A stretch of 61,050 bases of DNA, the filler included, from Squatina squatina (Eukaryota): assembly GCA_031763465.1 (NCBI GenBank). It is 4 parts of 4 records of this genome, joined end to end, with 100 filler letters (N's around TTAATTAATTAA, not from the genome) between each part and the next. Parts side by side here need not be neighbours in the genome. Positions count along the whole stretch, not along the records: positions 1 to 15,830 come from JARFOE010000189.1; 3 more parts are not named here. One strand, written 5' to 3'. Positions 1 to 11,856 of the stretch are shown piece by piece; position 1 is the first letter of the stretch; each line of letters starts with the position of its first letter. Below the pieces are notes generated by a model, which saw nothing but the letters and a program-made list of their open reading frames with translations, had not been told where the DNA came from and did no database searches. Made by a program: the position numbers and the translations under genes.

Positions 1-678
1 GACAATCTCACGTTCAGCTGTGAATCGAATGGGAAATCGTACATCAGCTTTGTCTTTGGCTATCTTTGATTTGATCTCATGGCTCTACTAATTATTAACC
101 CGCATAGAGACATTTATTTCTATTTGCAGCAAGGATTGCTGCACTTCCTGACTAAATTTGAAGGAAAAAAACATTACTGAGATATTACTTTGCAAAAAAA
201 AAAAAATAGGCTTGGAGAAACACCCAGGTAACTGTACAAATCTTGAAACCACTACCTACTGAAATTGGGGAAATGCATCTGGAACTTTCTAATTCTGCAT
301 CTGCCAACTTCACACTTGCAGCAGGCGGATAACATGCACCGTAATCCTTCCTCAGTGGCCAAGAGTATTGCTTTGCCCTCATCATAAAAAGGGTGCAGAT
401 TGGTCAATTTTATTAGACGCTCTGTTGGTGAAACAGTCGGGAACATCCTACCTGAAGACGTGGCTTTGGAGCCAGCAGAGATAACTGGGGGAAGCTTGTT
501 CCGCAGCCGCTTTGGGATCACGTATTTCTCAAATTATTGTAAGGTAGGATGTGAAAAGGTCTTAATTTTTTTTTTTAAATTGTACAATCCGTGCAATGAA
601 GTGTGAACAGCTCTCTGCCTTTAAGTACCGTTATAATACAACCTTAAATGTATTTAACATCAAAGTGAGTTGTCATCA

Positions 679-1178
<500 letters not shown>

Positions 1179-1350
1179 TCAAAGGGAGGGGAGGGGGGAA
1201 TTCATAGACCCAGATTTCTAACCTAATTCCCATCATCCGCCCAATGTTCATTTGATGGTGGTTTTAAGTCTAGTGAGTGAGCTAGTCGAATCATCAACAT
1301 ATTGAGAGCGGGCGGTGGCAGTGAAAAGGCAGCAACGGGTGGCACGGTAC

Positions 1351-1461
1351 CTGGGTCATCTTTTCGCGGTTGGCCTTGGGGTTTAGGGGAGCCTCGGTGA
1401 GTAGAGTCGGATGTTCCTCGGGGGCTACACGCAGCTCGTTATAGAAAGTGTGGTGCCAGAT
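1351..1461 (-). CDS. ACTA2: Actin exon [37 protein letters not shown]
   Basis: 111 nt, AG/GT flanked. Introns before IWHH and after KMTQ match the ACTA2/ACTG2 intron pattern and are absent from sarcomeric actins. Confidence 0.88.
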
Positions 1462-1625
1462 CTGCGGAAATAAAGGCCAGTGTTTTAAAATACAGCCCAA
1501 CCGACACCTNNNNNNNNNNNNNNNNNNNNNNNNNNNNNNNNNNNNNNNNNNNNNNNNNNNNNNNNNNNNNNNNNNNNNNNNNNNNNNNNNNNNNNNNNNN
1601 NNNNNNNNNNNNNNNNNNNNNNNNN

Positions 1626-1822
<197 letters not shown>

Positions 1823-1991
1823 TCAAATCCAGGCGGCAACAATACAGCACACCATCATTACGCAGGGCGAAATCGAGGTAAGGTTGCCGCACATTTAAGG
1901 TGCGGTTTATGTGATATCTACCTCCAGATTACAGTAACTCTAGGCGCTTTCTGATTGCATATGGGATGATTTATTCATCCAAACTTGTCAT

Positions 1992-2128
1992 ATTCATAGT
2001 CATGAAGCACAGGAGGCCATTCAGCAAGCGTGCCTGTGCTGGCTCTTTGAATGAACTGTTCAATTTGTCCCACTGCCCTGGTCTTTCCCCGCAGCCCTGT
2101 AAATTCTTCTACTTTCAAGTATTTCTCC
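1992..2128 (-). mobile_element. CR1-type LINE 3' end fragment
   Basis: ggaggccattcagc...cctgtgctggctctttga...tttcaagtatt resembles the CR1 3' ends at 6791 and 39487. Confidence 0.55.
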
Positions 2129-2248
2129 NNNNNNNNNNNNNNNNNNNNNNNNNNNNNNNNNNNNNNNNNNNNNNNNNNNNNNNNNNNNNNNNNNNNNNNN
2201 NNNNNNNNNNNNNNNNNNNNNNNNNNNNCAAGTCAAGAGACAGACAGA

Positions 2249-2953
2249 TCAGTGGGACTTGCTGTGTCGTGCTGCGTAGGTGCCCAGGAGCTTGTCCCAG
2301 TGGGTAAAGTAAGGAGCGTAGTTGGTTTTAAACTTCATGTGGTGGAGGTCGTGGTGAGGAGCACCTCCGTACAGTCCCAGGGGCACCAGCCTGTGCGTCG
2401 ACCAGGGGAAGTCGTAGCCCGAGTGGTCCTCTACCGACAGCCAGATGTTGATGGTGAAGAAGAGCAGCGTGGTGAGCGGGTGGCAGCGCAGCAGCGCCGG
2501 GTTGACGGCGGCGAAGAAGCCCAGGGAGAGGGTCTCCCAGGCGCCCGAGTGCTCGGTGGTCAGGGCCGAGGTGGCGGTGTACTTGTGGTGAACTTTGTGG
2601 AAGGTGCGGTAGAGCCAGGGCACCTTGTGGTGGAGCAGGTGCCAGACGAAGTACTGGAAGTCGAAGAGGAGCAGGCAGGCGCCGATGCCCAGCAGCGCCT
2701 CGGGCAGTTCGGGGGCGGCGTGGGGCAGGTGGACCGGCCGCCAGCACCAGCTCGCCACCGACAGCGGGAAGATGTAGAAGAGGTGGTTGAACAGGGTCCG
2801 CCCCACGCAGCTGGCCATCATGCGCAGGCTGGGGTTGTTCTGAGCCTGGATCTTGTACCGCCGCAGGAAGGCCAGGCGGGCGGCCAGCAGGTCCAGGGCG
2901 ACGAAAGGCAGGCAGAAGGTCGTGTAGACCCCCAGCGAGAAGAGCACCGGGAA
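2249..2953 (-). CDS. CH25H: Cholesterol 25-hydroxylase (intronless; N-terminus lost in gap)
   Basis: Uninterrupted ORF with three His boxes (WHLLHH, HKVHH, HHDLHH), WLSVEDHSGYDFPWSTHRLVP and NYAPYFTHWDKLLGT; stop at 2251-2249; synteny with ACTA2 and IFIT. Confidence 0.92.
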   Translation of the reverse strand, partial: FPVLFSLGVYTTFCLPFVALDLLAARLAFLRRYKIQAQNNPSLRMMASCVGRTLFNHLFYIFPLSVASWCWRPVHLPHAAPELPEALLGIGACLLLFDFQYFVWHLLHHKVPWLYRTFHKVHHKYTATSALTTEHSGAWETLSLGFFAAVNPALLRCHPLTTLLFFTINIWLSVEDHSGYDFPWSTHRLVPLGLYGGAPHHDLHHMKFKTNYAPYFTHWDKLLGTYAARHSKSH

Positions 2954-4704
2954 NNNNNNNNNNNNNNNNNNNNNNNNNNNNNNNNNNNNNNNNNNNNNNN
3001 NNNNNNNNNNNNNNNNNNNNNNNNNNNNNNNNNNNNNNNNNNNNNNNNNNNNNGGGTGCGGGAGCGAATATCACAGCCGGGGCGCTAACGGGGCGCTGTG
3101 CACCGGATGACGTCACGATCTGCAGGGCGCAAGACAGCGAGGCGGTAAGTGTTCACGCCAGTGCAAAACCGCCAGGGAAGTTTGCGGGCATCGGGCAATT
3201 AGCCGCACCCGGTTGGTAGCCCCTCACCGCCTCGTTACTGCTCCCCTGCAGGCACTAACAGGAAGCACAAAACAGCCAAATTTCTCCCCCTACTGTATTT
3301 TGATATGGACATGTGGCAGTTGGTGAATTTAGTATGACGATGGATTCCTTTATATAGATCCCAAAAGATAACAACTAAAGGCAGGCACAAGGTTCAAGGC
3401 CTACACAAACATGAAACATTATCGTCCCAGAAAAGGATGCAGCCTCCATTAACTAGGCACTATTCACATTGCACAGCAGCAGAACATAGTGGGTAGACTT
3501 GACAGTAATTTTCAAGAAATGGATTGCAGCAATAATTAAATAATTAGAACTGATATCCAACACAGCTATGAGGGAGGGCAGTTAAAAGGCTGAAAGCACT
3601 GGTATTGTGTTTCATGATACATTGGCCTGGATTCTCCCCTGACTTATCACTCATTTTGCAGTGGATTTGAAGCAGGAAACAGAATTAAATCTGTTCTTAA
3701 AGGCTGCTGCCTCAAATCTGCCCCAAAAACACTACACTTGCATTCTCCTCCCAAAACAAGATCAGTTCCCTTTAATGCCCACCAGAAAGCAGCTCTGCCA
3801 GATTTAAACTCAGTCAAGGGGGCATGATTCACTTCAGGGTGGGGAAGTCTCTTGGGGGATTTTAACTGCTGCCACTCAGTAGATTTAAAATCACCCCTTG
3901 AAGTTCGTACATACTCTAGATAATTGGGTGTACAGAGAGACAGTGATTTCCAAATATACATGAAAAATGTGTGTTGTTATTATCACCATCTGTTTGGGGT
4001 GTTTAACAGCAATGCAGGCAAAGCGTTATAGCTGGGTGTGCCCTAAGCTTCAGTGCACTCTGAGCATGTGACTTATATATTCTTTTTATGGTAATGATGG
4101 TGTAAAAAATTATCCAATCCAGCCCATCGAGGGAGTAATAAAACCACTCTGCCGACCTAGTTTTCACTTGCTGCCTCTTCACAAAAAAGTCCCCATCGGG
4201 TGAAAGGCTTTCCATCTGTGACAGTTGAGAAAGGGCCAACGACCACTGCAGGCCCTTCAAATAAATCATCAGCTGAACTCTGTTGCTCTGAAGCTTTGCT
4301 GACAGACGATTGGACTCCCATCCAGAGCGTTCATTCAGATCTCGGCCTCTGTCACTGGGAATCTCCCTGCCCTGTAACTTGTCAGCTGTACCAGCTCTTC
4401 ATCAAACCTTCTGAGTCCCTCGTTGGCCAACACAGAGCAGCTTGGACAATCTCCGGGAAAGTCCATTTTCTGGAGACTGTCACAGAAACTGTCACCATCT
4501 CAGTGAAGGGAAACACAGTTGAGGGAGGAAGGCGAAAGGATATAAAAATAGGTTAAAATGGGATAAAAAGAATAAAACACAGGGGCTGCAGACACTGATT
4601 TCAATTATAATTGTAATATCAGAGATTGAATATTAAAATAACCAATAAAATGAAACTGTGGCTAAGATTTAATTTCTGTTGTTGATCTGTGTGAATGTGG
4701 ACAG

Positions 4705-5755
4705 TTAGTGCGGTACAGAACATGATGGGAAAAATCCTGCAAGATATTTTCTGGCAGTCGCTGATGTTTTTGGCCACTTGCCACCATTTGGTGACCAGCA
4801 ATTCATACATTTAATTTTGGTCAATGCAGAGCAGATTGGGCAAGAGCGGAGAAGATCCATTTTATGGAGATTGTCGACAGCTCGGCTAAAGGAAGGCACA
4901 GTCGAGGGAGGAAAGCTGAGAGGATATAAGAAGAGGTTGAAAATAATGAAAACTTTACCATTACAGATTTTGCCAACAGAAGTCATACCCGCCAATGATA
5001 CTTGTGGGCTGGAACCCAGACTGCAAAGATCCTCTGCCAGTGAGGATGGTTTCCAATCCCCACTTGTCCATTCTGCAATTATTTAAAGGAAAAGGAAAAT
5101 TAATTGAAATTTTTTTGCTCCTCCCAGTAATAGATTCTCTGCTGCTGATGAGAAGTTTTAAAATGTAAAAAGATAATCAGTTCCCAAAACAGAAATAGAG
5201 AGCAGTTTGCAATAAAGCTGAACAAATGTTCCTTCCTCTTTCGTCAAAATATTAAAAGAAAATCCCATGCCCGTGCTCATAGAATCCAAAATACTCGAAA
5301 ATGCACCAATTAAGTTGTTAAAAAAACCTTTTTGGAATTCTCATCTTTTTGGGGGCGGTGCCATGTTCTTTGTAAGTTTTGGTCAGTTTTTGCCAGTTCT
5401 CTAAGTATGGGATGTGCATGTGGTTTTCTATTAAAGGAAGACAGGATTGGACATTGGTGTGGTGTCCCACATAGTCAAATACCCTGCTACAGTCGATACT
5501 CTCCACATCTATAATGGGCACCTGGGTGAGGTACTGGAGGGCGACCAGTGCCCATGGGACTGTCCCCCACTAGGGAGTCAACACCTTTAAGGAGTGGAGG
5601 GAAGGGCAACAAACAGCAGAGATAACGGGTAAGAAACAAGAACCTTTCTGGTTATTGGATGCTTCCCGACCCCAGGATGTATTTTCTGGCACTGGACAGC
5701 CACCATATCCATGACTGCTGGGATGTTCTGAAAAACTTCCACAGTAGATGAACAA
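4705..5755 (-). pseudogene. Decayed ORF, possible viral/retroelement envelope (fusion glycoprotein-like) remnant
   Basis: The ORFs 5755-5570 and 5521-5318 share a frame, separated by one TAG. Removing one T from the T7 run (5326-5320) gives KKMRIPKR followed by hydrophobic FFNNLIGAFSSILDSMSTGMGFSF. Identity is inferred only. Confidence 0.3.
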
Positions 5756-5874
5756 TTGGAGTGACAGCTACAATATGATACGATTGTTGACTTCCTCAGT
5801 AGATTATGTTTGATTGACTGGCCAATGTGATTCACTTGTGACAGCATTGTCATTGGAGGAAGGAGTCACATAGT

Positions 5875-6032
5875 CATTTCTCTCTCTATCTATCTCTCTC
5901 TCATTTTCATTTTTTCTCTGTTGCTTTCTCTCTTTGTCTCTTTCTTTGTCTCTTTCTTTCTCTCTCACCCTTTCTCTCTTTCTCTTTGTTCTTTCTTTCT
6001 TCCTTCCTTTCTTTCTCTCCCATTCTCCCTCT
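5875..6032. repeat. CT-rich compound microsatellite
   Basis: (CT)n/(CTTT)n/(CTTC)n runs seen directly. Confidence 0.85.
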
Positions 6033-6790
6033 TGCCAAATTTCCACTACCCTTTGTGTGAAGAAGTGCTTCCTGATTTCACTCCTAATAAGCGTAGGCTC
6101 TCGCTCAGGTTAGCTCTCGCTGACCAACATCAACGGACCTCTCTCTCTCTCTCGGGCACTTGCAACACACGTGGCGAACAAGATCGAAACCCAAGTAAAC
6201 CCGAGCAACGCAACAACAACACAACAAATGGTAACAAACAGTAACAACCAGTAACAAGTAGTAACAAGGTAACAAAAGTCCAAAAGTATTGCAACTGGCG
6301 ATCTGTGATTCATCAGGCTTCGGAGAATTTCTGCCGTGCATCCGACCGACAGTCCACCTTCCACGATCAGTACCACCGATCAGCCCAGGTAGAGGGGCAG
6401 CTCCACACCCACCAGAGCCGAGCATCGAGTCGCACCTGGAGACGGCCGCTGACCACGGGCAGGCTGATTCAGACCACACCATCGGTTCCCATCCACGCCA
6501 TCGCCTCGATCAGACCGAACTGTTCCATCGCTGCCATCGAAGGGGTACGCCGAGTCGTGGAGGACGTCCCACCATGAGTCCTGGTGAGCATACGCCCGAA
6601 CCCCAAGACACGTGGACACCCCAACGTAAAGCGTGCCCTTCGCAACTCTCGGNNNNNNNNNNNNNNNNNNNNNNNNNNNNNNNNNNNNNNNNNNNNNNNN
6701 NNNNNNNNNNNNNNNNNNNNNNNNNNNNNNNNNNNNNNNNNNNNNNNNNNNNTTCAGAATTCCTAACCTCAGCAGCTGGTTCATTCAGGA

Positions 6791-6870
6791 AATCATAGAA
6801 CCATAGAATAATGTAGAACAGAAGGAGGCCATTTGGCCCATTGTGCCTGTGCTGGCCCTTTGAAGGAGCC
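6791..6870 (-). mobile_element. CR1 LINE 3' tail
   Basis: atcatagaaccatagaa is the reverse of the (TTCTATGA)n tail, followed by gaaggaggccatttggccc. Confidence 0.6.
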
Positions 6871-7167
6871 ACGCAAATGACTGAAGTTCTCAGATTCATT
6901 GTGAAACTATAATATGAACAAGTTACACAAGTGATGTTGACTGCAATTCACGTGTACCTTCAGTGTTGAGAGTCAGCAGCACAGTCCCCGACTGCAATGT
7001 AAATTAAATGCCAGAGATTAATAATGTACCATTGCTAACTATCCCTGCTGTGCCATTTAGTGCTAATCAACGGCCAGTGTTAGAATCAATCACAAGGATC
7101 AAAATGCAAAATGTACGAGTTACAGTTGCGGGTAGGATGGATTATGAACGATTTTGTTCTCTTGCAG

Positions 7168-8683
7168 CAACGCACGGACGGATTTGTTGAAAGTGAAGCT
7201 CGATTGGCTTCAATGTCACTTCACGTGGGGCCCACAGAAAGAAATCCTTGACCTGGACGACATGAAGCAAAAATTGCAAGATACAATACAAGCTGGTTTG
7301 AAATATCAGGCCATGTCTTACAACCACCTCGCTTTTGTAAACTGTCTGCAAGGCACCTGTGAAGAGGCAATTCAAAACTTAAAGGAAGCTGAAAAGATTC
7401 TGAGNNNNNNNNNNNNNNNNNNNNNNNNNNNNNNNNNNNNNNNNNNNNNNNNNNNNNNNNNNNNNNNNNNNNNNNNNNNNNNNNNNNNNNNNNNNNNNNN
7501 NNNNNNNNNNNNNNNNNNNNNNNNNNNNNNNNNNNNNNNNNNNNNNNNNNNNNNNNNNNNNNNNNNNNNNNNNNNNNNNNNNNNNNNNNNNNNNNNNNNN
7601 NNNNNNNNNNNNNNNNNNNNNNNNNNNNNNNNNNNNNNNNNNNNNNNNNNNNNNNNNNNNNNNNNNNNNNNNNNNNNNNNNNNNNNNNNNNNNNNNNNNN
7701 NNNNNNNNNNNNNNNNNNNNNNNNNNNNNNNNNNNNNNNNNNNNNNNNNNNNNNNNNNNNNNNNNNNNNNNNNNNNNNNNNNNNNNNNNNNNNNNNNNNN
7801 NNNNNNNNNNNNNNNNNNNNNNNNNNNNNNNNNNNNNNNNNNNNNNNNNNNNNNNNNNNNNNNNNNNNNNNNNNNNNNNNNNNNNNNNNNNNNNNNNNNN
7901 NNNNNNNNNNNNNNNNNNNNNNNNNNNNNNNNNNNNNNNNNNNNNNNNNNNNNNNNNNNNNNNNNNNNNNNNNNNNNNNNNNNNNNNNNNNNNNNNNNNN
8001 NNNNNNNNNNNNNNNNNNNNNNNNNNNNNNNNNNNNNNNNNNNNNNNNNNNNNNNNNNNNNNNNNNNNNNNNNNNNNNNNNNNNNNNNNNNNNNNNNNNN
8101 NNNNNNNNNNNNNNNNNNNNNNNNNNNNNNNNNNNNNNNNNNNNNNNNNNNNNNNNNNNNNNNNNNCCGCCCATTGACATCTATTAAGCCACAACTGGAT
8201 TTTGCAGGTATCTGTTCATTAAATGGAGAATATCACAAAGCAGAAAAGATCTACAGAAATCTCATGAAATTGGAAGATATTCGTCCAGAAAATAAGCAGG
8301 CGATATGTTTAGCGGCAGGGTTATTTGAACTACACCAGAAGAAATCTGAATCAAATGCCATCACCCATTTTCTGGATGGAGTGAAAGTGAAATATGACTC
8401 AAGAGAACGGACAAGGTGTTACGAAAACTTGGAGAAGATAGCAGAGAGACTTCTTCGCAGGAATCCACGAGACAGCAAGGCCCTTGGTGTTCTTGGGTTC
8501 CTGCACCAGCTGGATGGGAAGAAGAGCAAAGCAATTGAGTGCTTTGAAAAGGCCTTGGAGTTTGATTGTGACAATGAAGAATATCGACGTGCTCTCACTG
8601 AATTACACATCTCTATCTCGGCGAATGCTGACTTTCCCACCAAAACCAAACACATCCTCGAAGGATGCATTAATACTCTCTGA
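7168..8683 (+). CDS. Interferon-induced protein with tetratricopeptide repeats (IFIT5/IFIT1-like), main coding exon; middle is N gap 7405-8166
   Basis: Acceptor ttttgttctcttgcAG (7166-7167) in phase 2, as expected for the IFIT ATGAG mini-exon 1. LQCHFTW, YNHLAFV, AIQNLKEAE; C-terminal TPRs ALGVLGFLHQLDG..AIECFEKALEFD.DNEEY; TGA at 8681-8683. The two halves could belong to different tandem paralogs. Confidence 0.9.
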
Positions 8684-9170
8684 TTTATGACCAGGATTGG
8701 TTGGGTACTCGCTTCACTTATTATATTCTGCTCGCAATTTCTTTTGAATGAGCATTTTACTCAAGTGTATTTAATTTTCAAATGATAATCTTATTGTAAT
8801 TATTCTAAATCCCGGTGCTTCTTTGAAGAATATTAAACCACTGGTGCATTAACCAAATACAATTTGTTTCCGTATCCTTAGACTTTTTGCTATGTGTGGA
8901 ATGAAACAAAATGGTGGGGGTTTTGGGGAATTAGAGTTAATTGAGCCAATAGGAGAGAGTCACCATAGTTGTTTATGAATTACAGGGACTGTTTTTAAAA
9001 CAATAATAAACATTACATGGGCCTGACTTTAACTCCGGATGGGTTTTGGGTGGGGGAGTGGGAAACTCACCTGTTGCTGCAGATATCGGGCTCAGGGTAT
9101 TTTAAACCCCAAACTTCATTATCGTGCCGCCAGTCCACTCCCCGCCCACACGGCGTTCAGGTCGGTGTGT

Positions 9171-9230
9171 GGAAGGAGGTTCCGGGAGGGTCTCTGGGGG
9201 GATGGAAGGAGGTTCCGGGAGGGTCTCGGG
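9171..9230. repeat. 33-bp GC-rich minisatellite (about 2 copies, truncated by gap)
   Basis: ggaaggaggttccgggagggtctc repeated at 9171 and 9204. Confidence 0.7.
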
Positions 9231-9330
9231 NNNNNNNNNNNNNNNNNNNNNNNNNNNNNNNNNNNNNNNNNNNNNNNNNNNNNNNNNNNNNNNNNNNNNN
9301 NNNNNNNNNNNNNNNNNNNNNNNNNNNNNN

Positions 9331-9701
9331 TTTTCTGATGAAGTTTGAATCTGCAGAAGGGCAGGGCAGTTGAGGGTCTTCACGTTGTATTTGATAGCTG
9401 CTTTCCTCAGAAGGCTTCCTGCTCGCCATACTGCTTACGGTGGAGTTGGGCAGATCCTCTACAAGAGTGAGGGGCCGCAGCAGAGCACCACAAACACAAA
9501 TATTAGCTACGAGGCCTCCGAGGATGAGTATCGCCCCACGCCAAGAGTACCGTTCAATCAGCAGCTGAACCACTGGGGCTAAAACAAAAGTCCCAATTCC
9601 ACTTCCTGACATGGCCAACCCATAAGCCATAGCCTTCCTTTTACAGAAGTACTTCCCCACAATAGCTATGGCTGGAGAATAAGCTAGAGCATATCCACAG
9701 C
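9331..9701 (-). CDS. SLC16A12: Monocarboxylate transporter 12, large internal exon (partial)
   Basis: Acceptor ctgttgcAG, then [78 protein letters not shown] (MCT TM5-6); adjacent to IFIT as in human. Confidence 0.88.
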
Positions 9702-10289
9702 CTGCAACAGAGAACACAAGTTTTTTAAAATTACGATACACATTATTTCATCCGGTTGCTTTCATTTTCAGCTTTCTACCAATGGTAGTCCACAGCATAA
9801 CTGCTTTCAGCTAGGATCGCAGGCAAATGAGTTGACTCTTCCATGAGTGGCTTGTTCAACGCTTCATTCTGCACATCCAATGCAAAGCGTGTGCATCACC
9901 ATTGCATATTTTAGCATCTTACCGCCACATTGACATTTTCTGCAATGGCTATTTTAAGATTAGATTTGCTATTGTTGCATTCCTGATCTTGGAATTCTAG
10001 TTTTAAATGATTTGCTTCCGAAATTTCACCAGCCTGAAGGAAAAGATCAATCCATTCTAATGTTGCACGTGCTAGGCAGATATTGGCGAGCTGGTGTTCA
10101 ACGCAGGAGGTTATAAAATGTGCTCTCTTCGCCCTGGGTACAGTAAGGTGTTTCCACAGCAACAGGAAAACACCACAGACCCTCTACCTTTTACAGTTCA
10201 TTTATTGGCCATCCTTAACTTTACAGTTATATGTTACAAAATTACATAATCAAACGGATGCTATGGTTTTTCATTTGGATAGCTGAACT

Positions 10290-10876
10290 GGAGGTTGAAG
10301 ACACTCAGATTTAGCGACGTCAGGGCAAAAAATGAAAAAATGGCGGTGGGGGGGGTGGCGGCTATCTCGCCTCCCAGGAAATTCCCCGGGGGGTCTCAGA
10401 GGCATGAAGGCCTTGGCGTCTCGCCCGGGGAATTTCATGGCGGGTCAACGGGCGTGCTGACCCTTTACCGCCCTGCCGCGACTCCACATTCCCTCACATG
10501 GCGCAACGGCCACAGCTGTCGGCGGCAACGGCAGCTTCAGTTGTTGCCATCTGTGGTCGGCCGGCCGATGGCGGGCCGCACCCCAACCAGGCCACCATCC
10601 GCTTGCCCGGCCCGCCGACGCGCGTGCCAGGCTGGTGGCCCTGTCACCGCCACTGGGCCACCATTACGTAGGCCAGTGACCCTCCACTTTAAGGGACGTT
10701 GTCTGCACCACACTCCCAATGTAAGGTCACGAACGCCCAGATACCACCCCAGAAATGAGGCAGACATGGCTCCACCTCATTTCCGCTGCGGCAGGGCGCA
10801 GTTTCTGGAGCCAGCGCAAAGACTGCCGGCCCCAGAGCTTTACCACCCCGTGGGCGCCCCAGGAGAATTTCACCCT
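10290..10876. mobile_element. GC/CpG-rich non-autonomous DNA element (MITE-like)
   Basis: Abrupt GC-rich block in AT-rich DNA, ending AATTTCACCC like other elements here (13077 aatttcaagccc, 3888 aaaatcacccc); contains AAAATGGCG. Confidence 0.5.
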
Positions 10877-11044
10877 CTCGATGTGCTCTGCATGTTTCTT
10901 TTCTATAAATTTCAGTTGTGCTGCATGAGCTTCACTTGATAGACAAGCTCAGTCATCGTCAGTAATAGCTTGTTCTCAGCCATCCAGTAACAACAAGGAA
11001 AAATGCTCAAATAAAAACAGAAAATGCAACAACAATGAAAAATA

Positions 11045-11222
11045 GTCAAATGAAAACAGAAAATGCTGGAGATACTCAGCAGGTCAGGCAGTATCTGTGG
11101 AGAGTGAAAGAGAGTTAACGTTTCATGTCAATTACCTTTCGTCAAAACTGGAAAAACTTAGAGATGTAACAGATTTTAAGTAAGTGCAGGGACAGGGAAA
11201 GGGGGAGGGGAGGAAAGAAAAA
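11045..11222 (-). mobile_element. Penelope-like element terminal repeat with degenerate hammerhead motif
   Basis: aaatgctggagatactcagcaggtcaggcagtatctgtggagag...gttaacgtttc, homologous to 11664, 21388, 36516 and 44591. Confidence 0.7.
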
Positions 11223-11663
11223 NNNNNNNNNNNNNNNNNNNNNNNNNNNNNNNNNNNNNNNNNNNNNNNNNNNNNNNNNNNNNNNNNNNNNNNNNNNNNN
11301 NNNNNNNNNNNNNNNNNNNNNNCACAGAATTTACAATGGAGATTCATCCTATTCAAAGTGTGACTTGGCCTACTTCAGTCAGTTTGTAGTGGAGCAAAAT
11401 ATTTCTCAAGCTACTGCAGACTGTCTAGCCAACGTCTCATTAGCACAGTGGGTTAAGGCCATGGTCAGATTCTTGACCAGGGCAATTTCAAAGCTCGGTG
11501 AACAATATATTCTTTGTTACTATTGCCTTGAATGAAGCTTAGCTCTATAATAAGGAACATACTGCAGTAGTATTGAATTACAGAAAAACGGGAAGGTGTC
11601 CAGACACAGTAAATGGGTTCTAGGGAAACTCTATGAATTGGCTCTAGACCAGCTCATTAACAA

Positions 11664-11856
11664 GATACAAAGCACTGCAGATGCTGGAAACCTGAAATAA
11701 AAACAGAAAATAGTGGAAATACTCAGCTGGTCAGGCAGTGTCTGTGGAGAGAGAAACACAGTTAAAACTTAAGGTTGATGACCTTTCGTCAGAACAGGAA
11801 AAGTTAGAGATCTAACAGGTTTTAAGCAAAGTACAGAGGCAGACCTTCACCTTTGT
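11664..11856 (-). mobile_element. Penelope-like element terminal repeat
   Basis: Same family as 11045 and 44591; minus strand has CTGACGA-AAGGT..ACCT. Confidence 0.7.

Noticed and set aside
2051-3088. 345-aa plus-strand ORF and 262-aa alternative minus-frame ORF
   Set aside because: Shadows of the GC3-rich CH25H exon, extended through N gaps.
5804-6244. K/E/R-rich and F/L/S-rich ORFs
   Set aside because: Translations of the CT microsatellite.
6380-6652. DSAYP resembling the HARBI1 GDxxYP catalytic motif
   Set aside because: No preceding Gly and no other nuclease motifs; likely chance.
10295-10939. 214-aa ORF
   Set aside because: Falls within a GC-rich non-autonomous element; low-complexity R/P/A composition with no domain or splice support.
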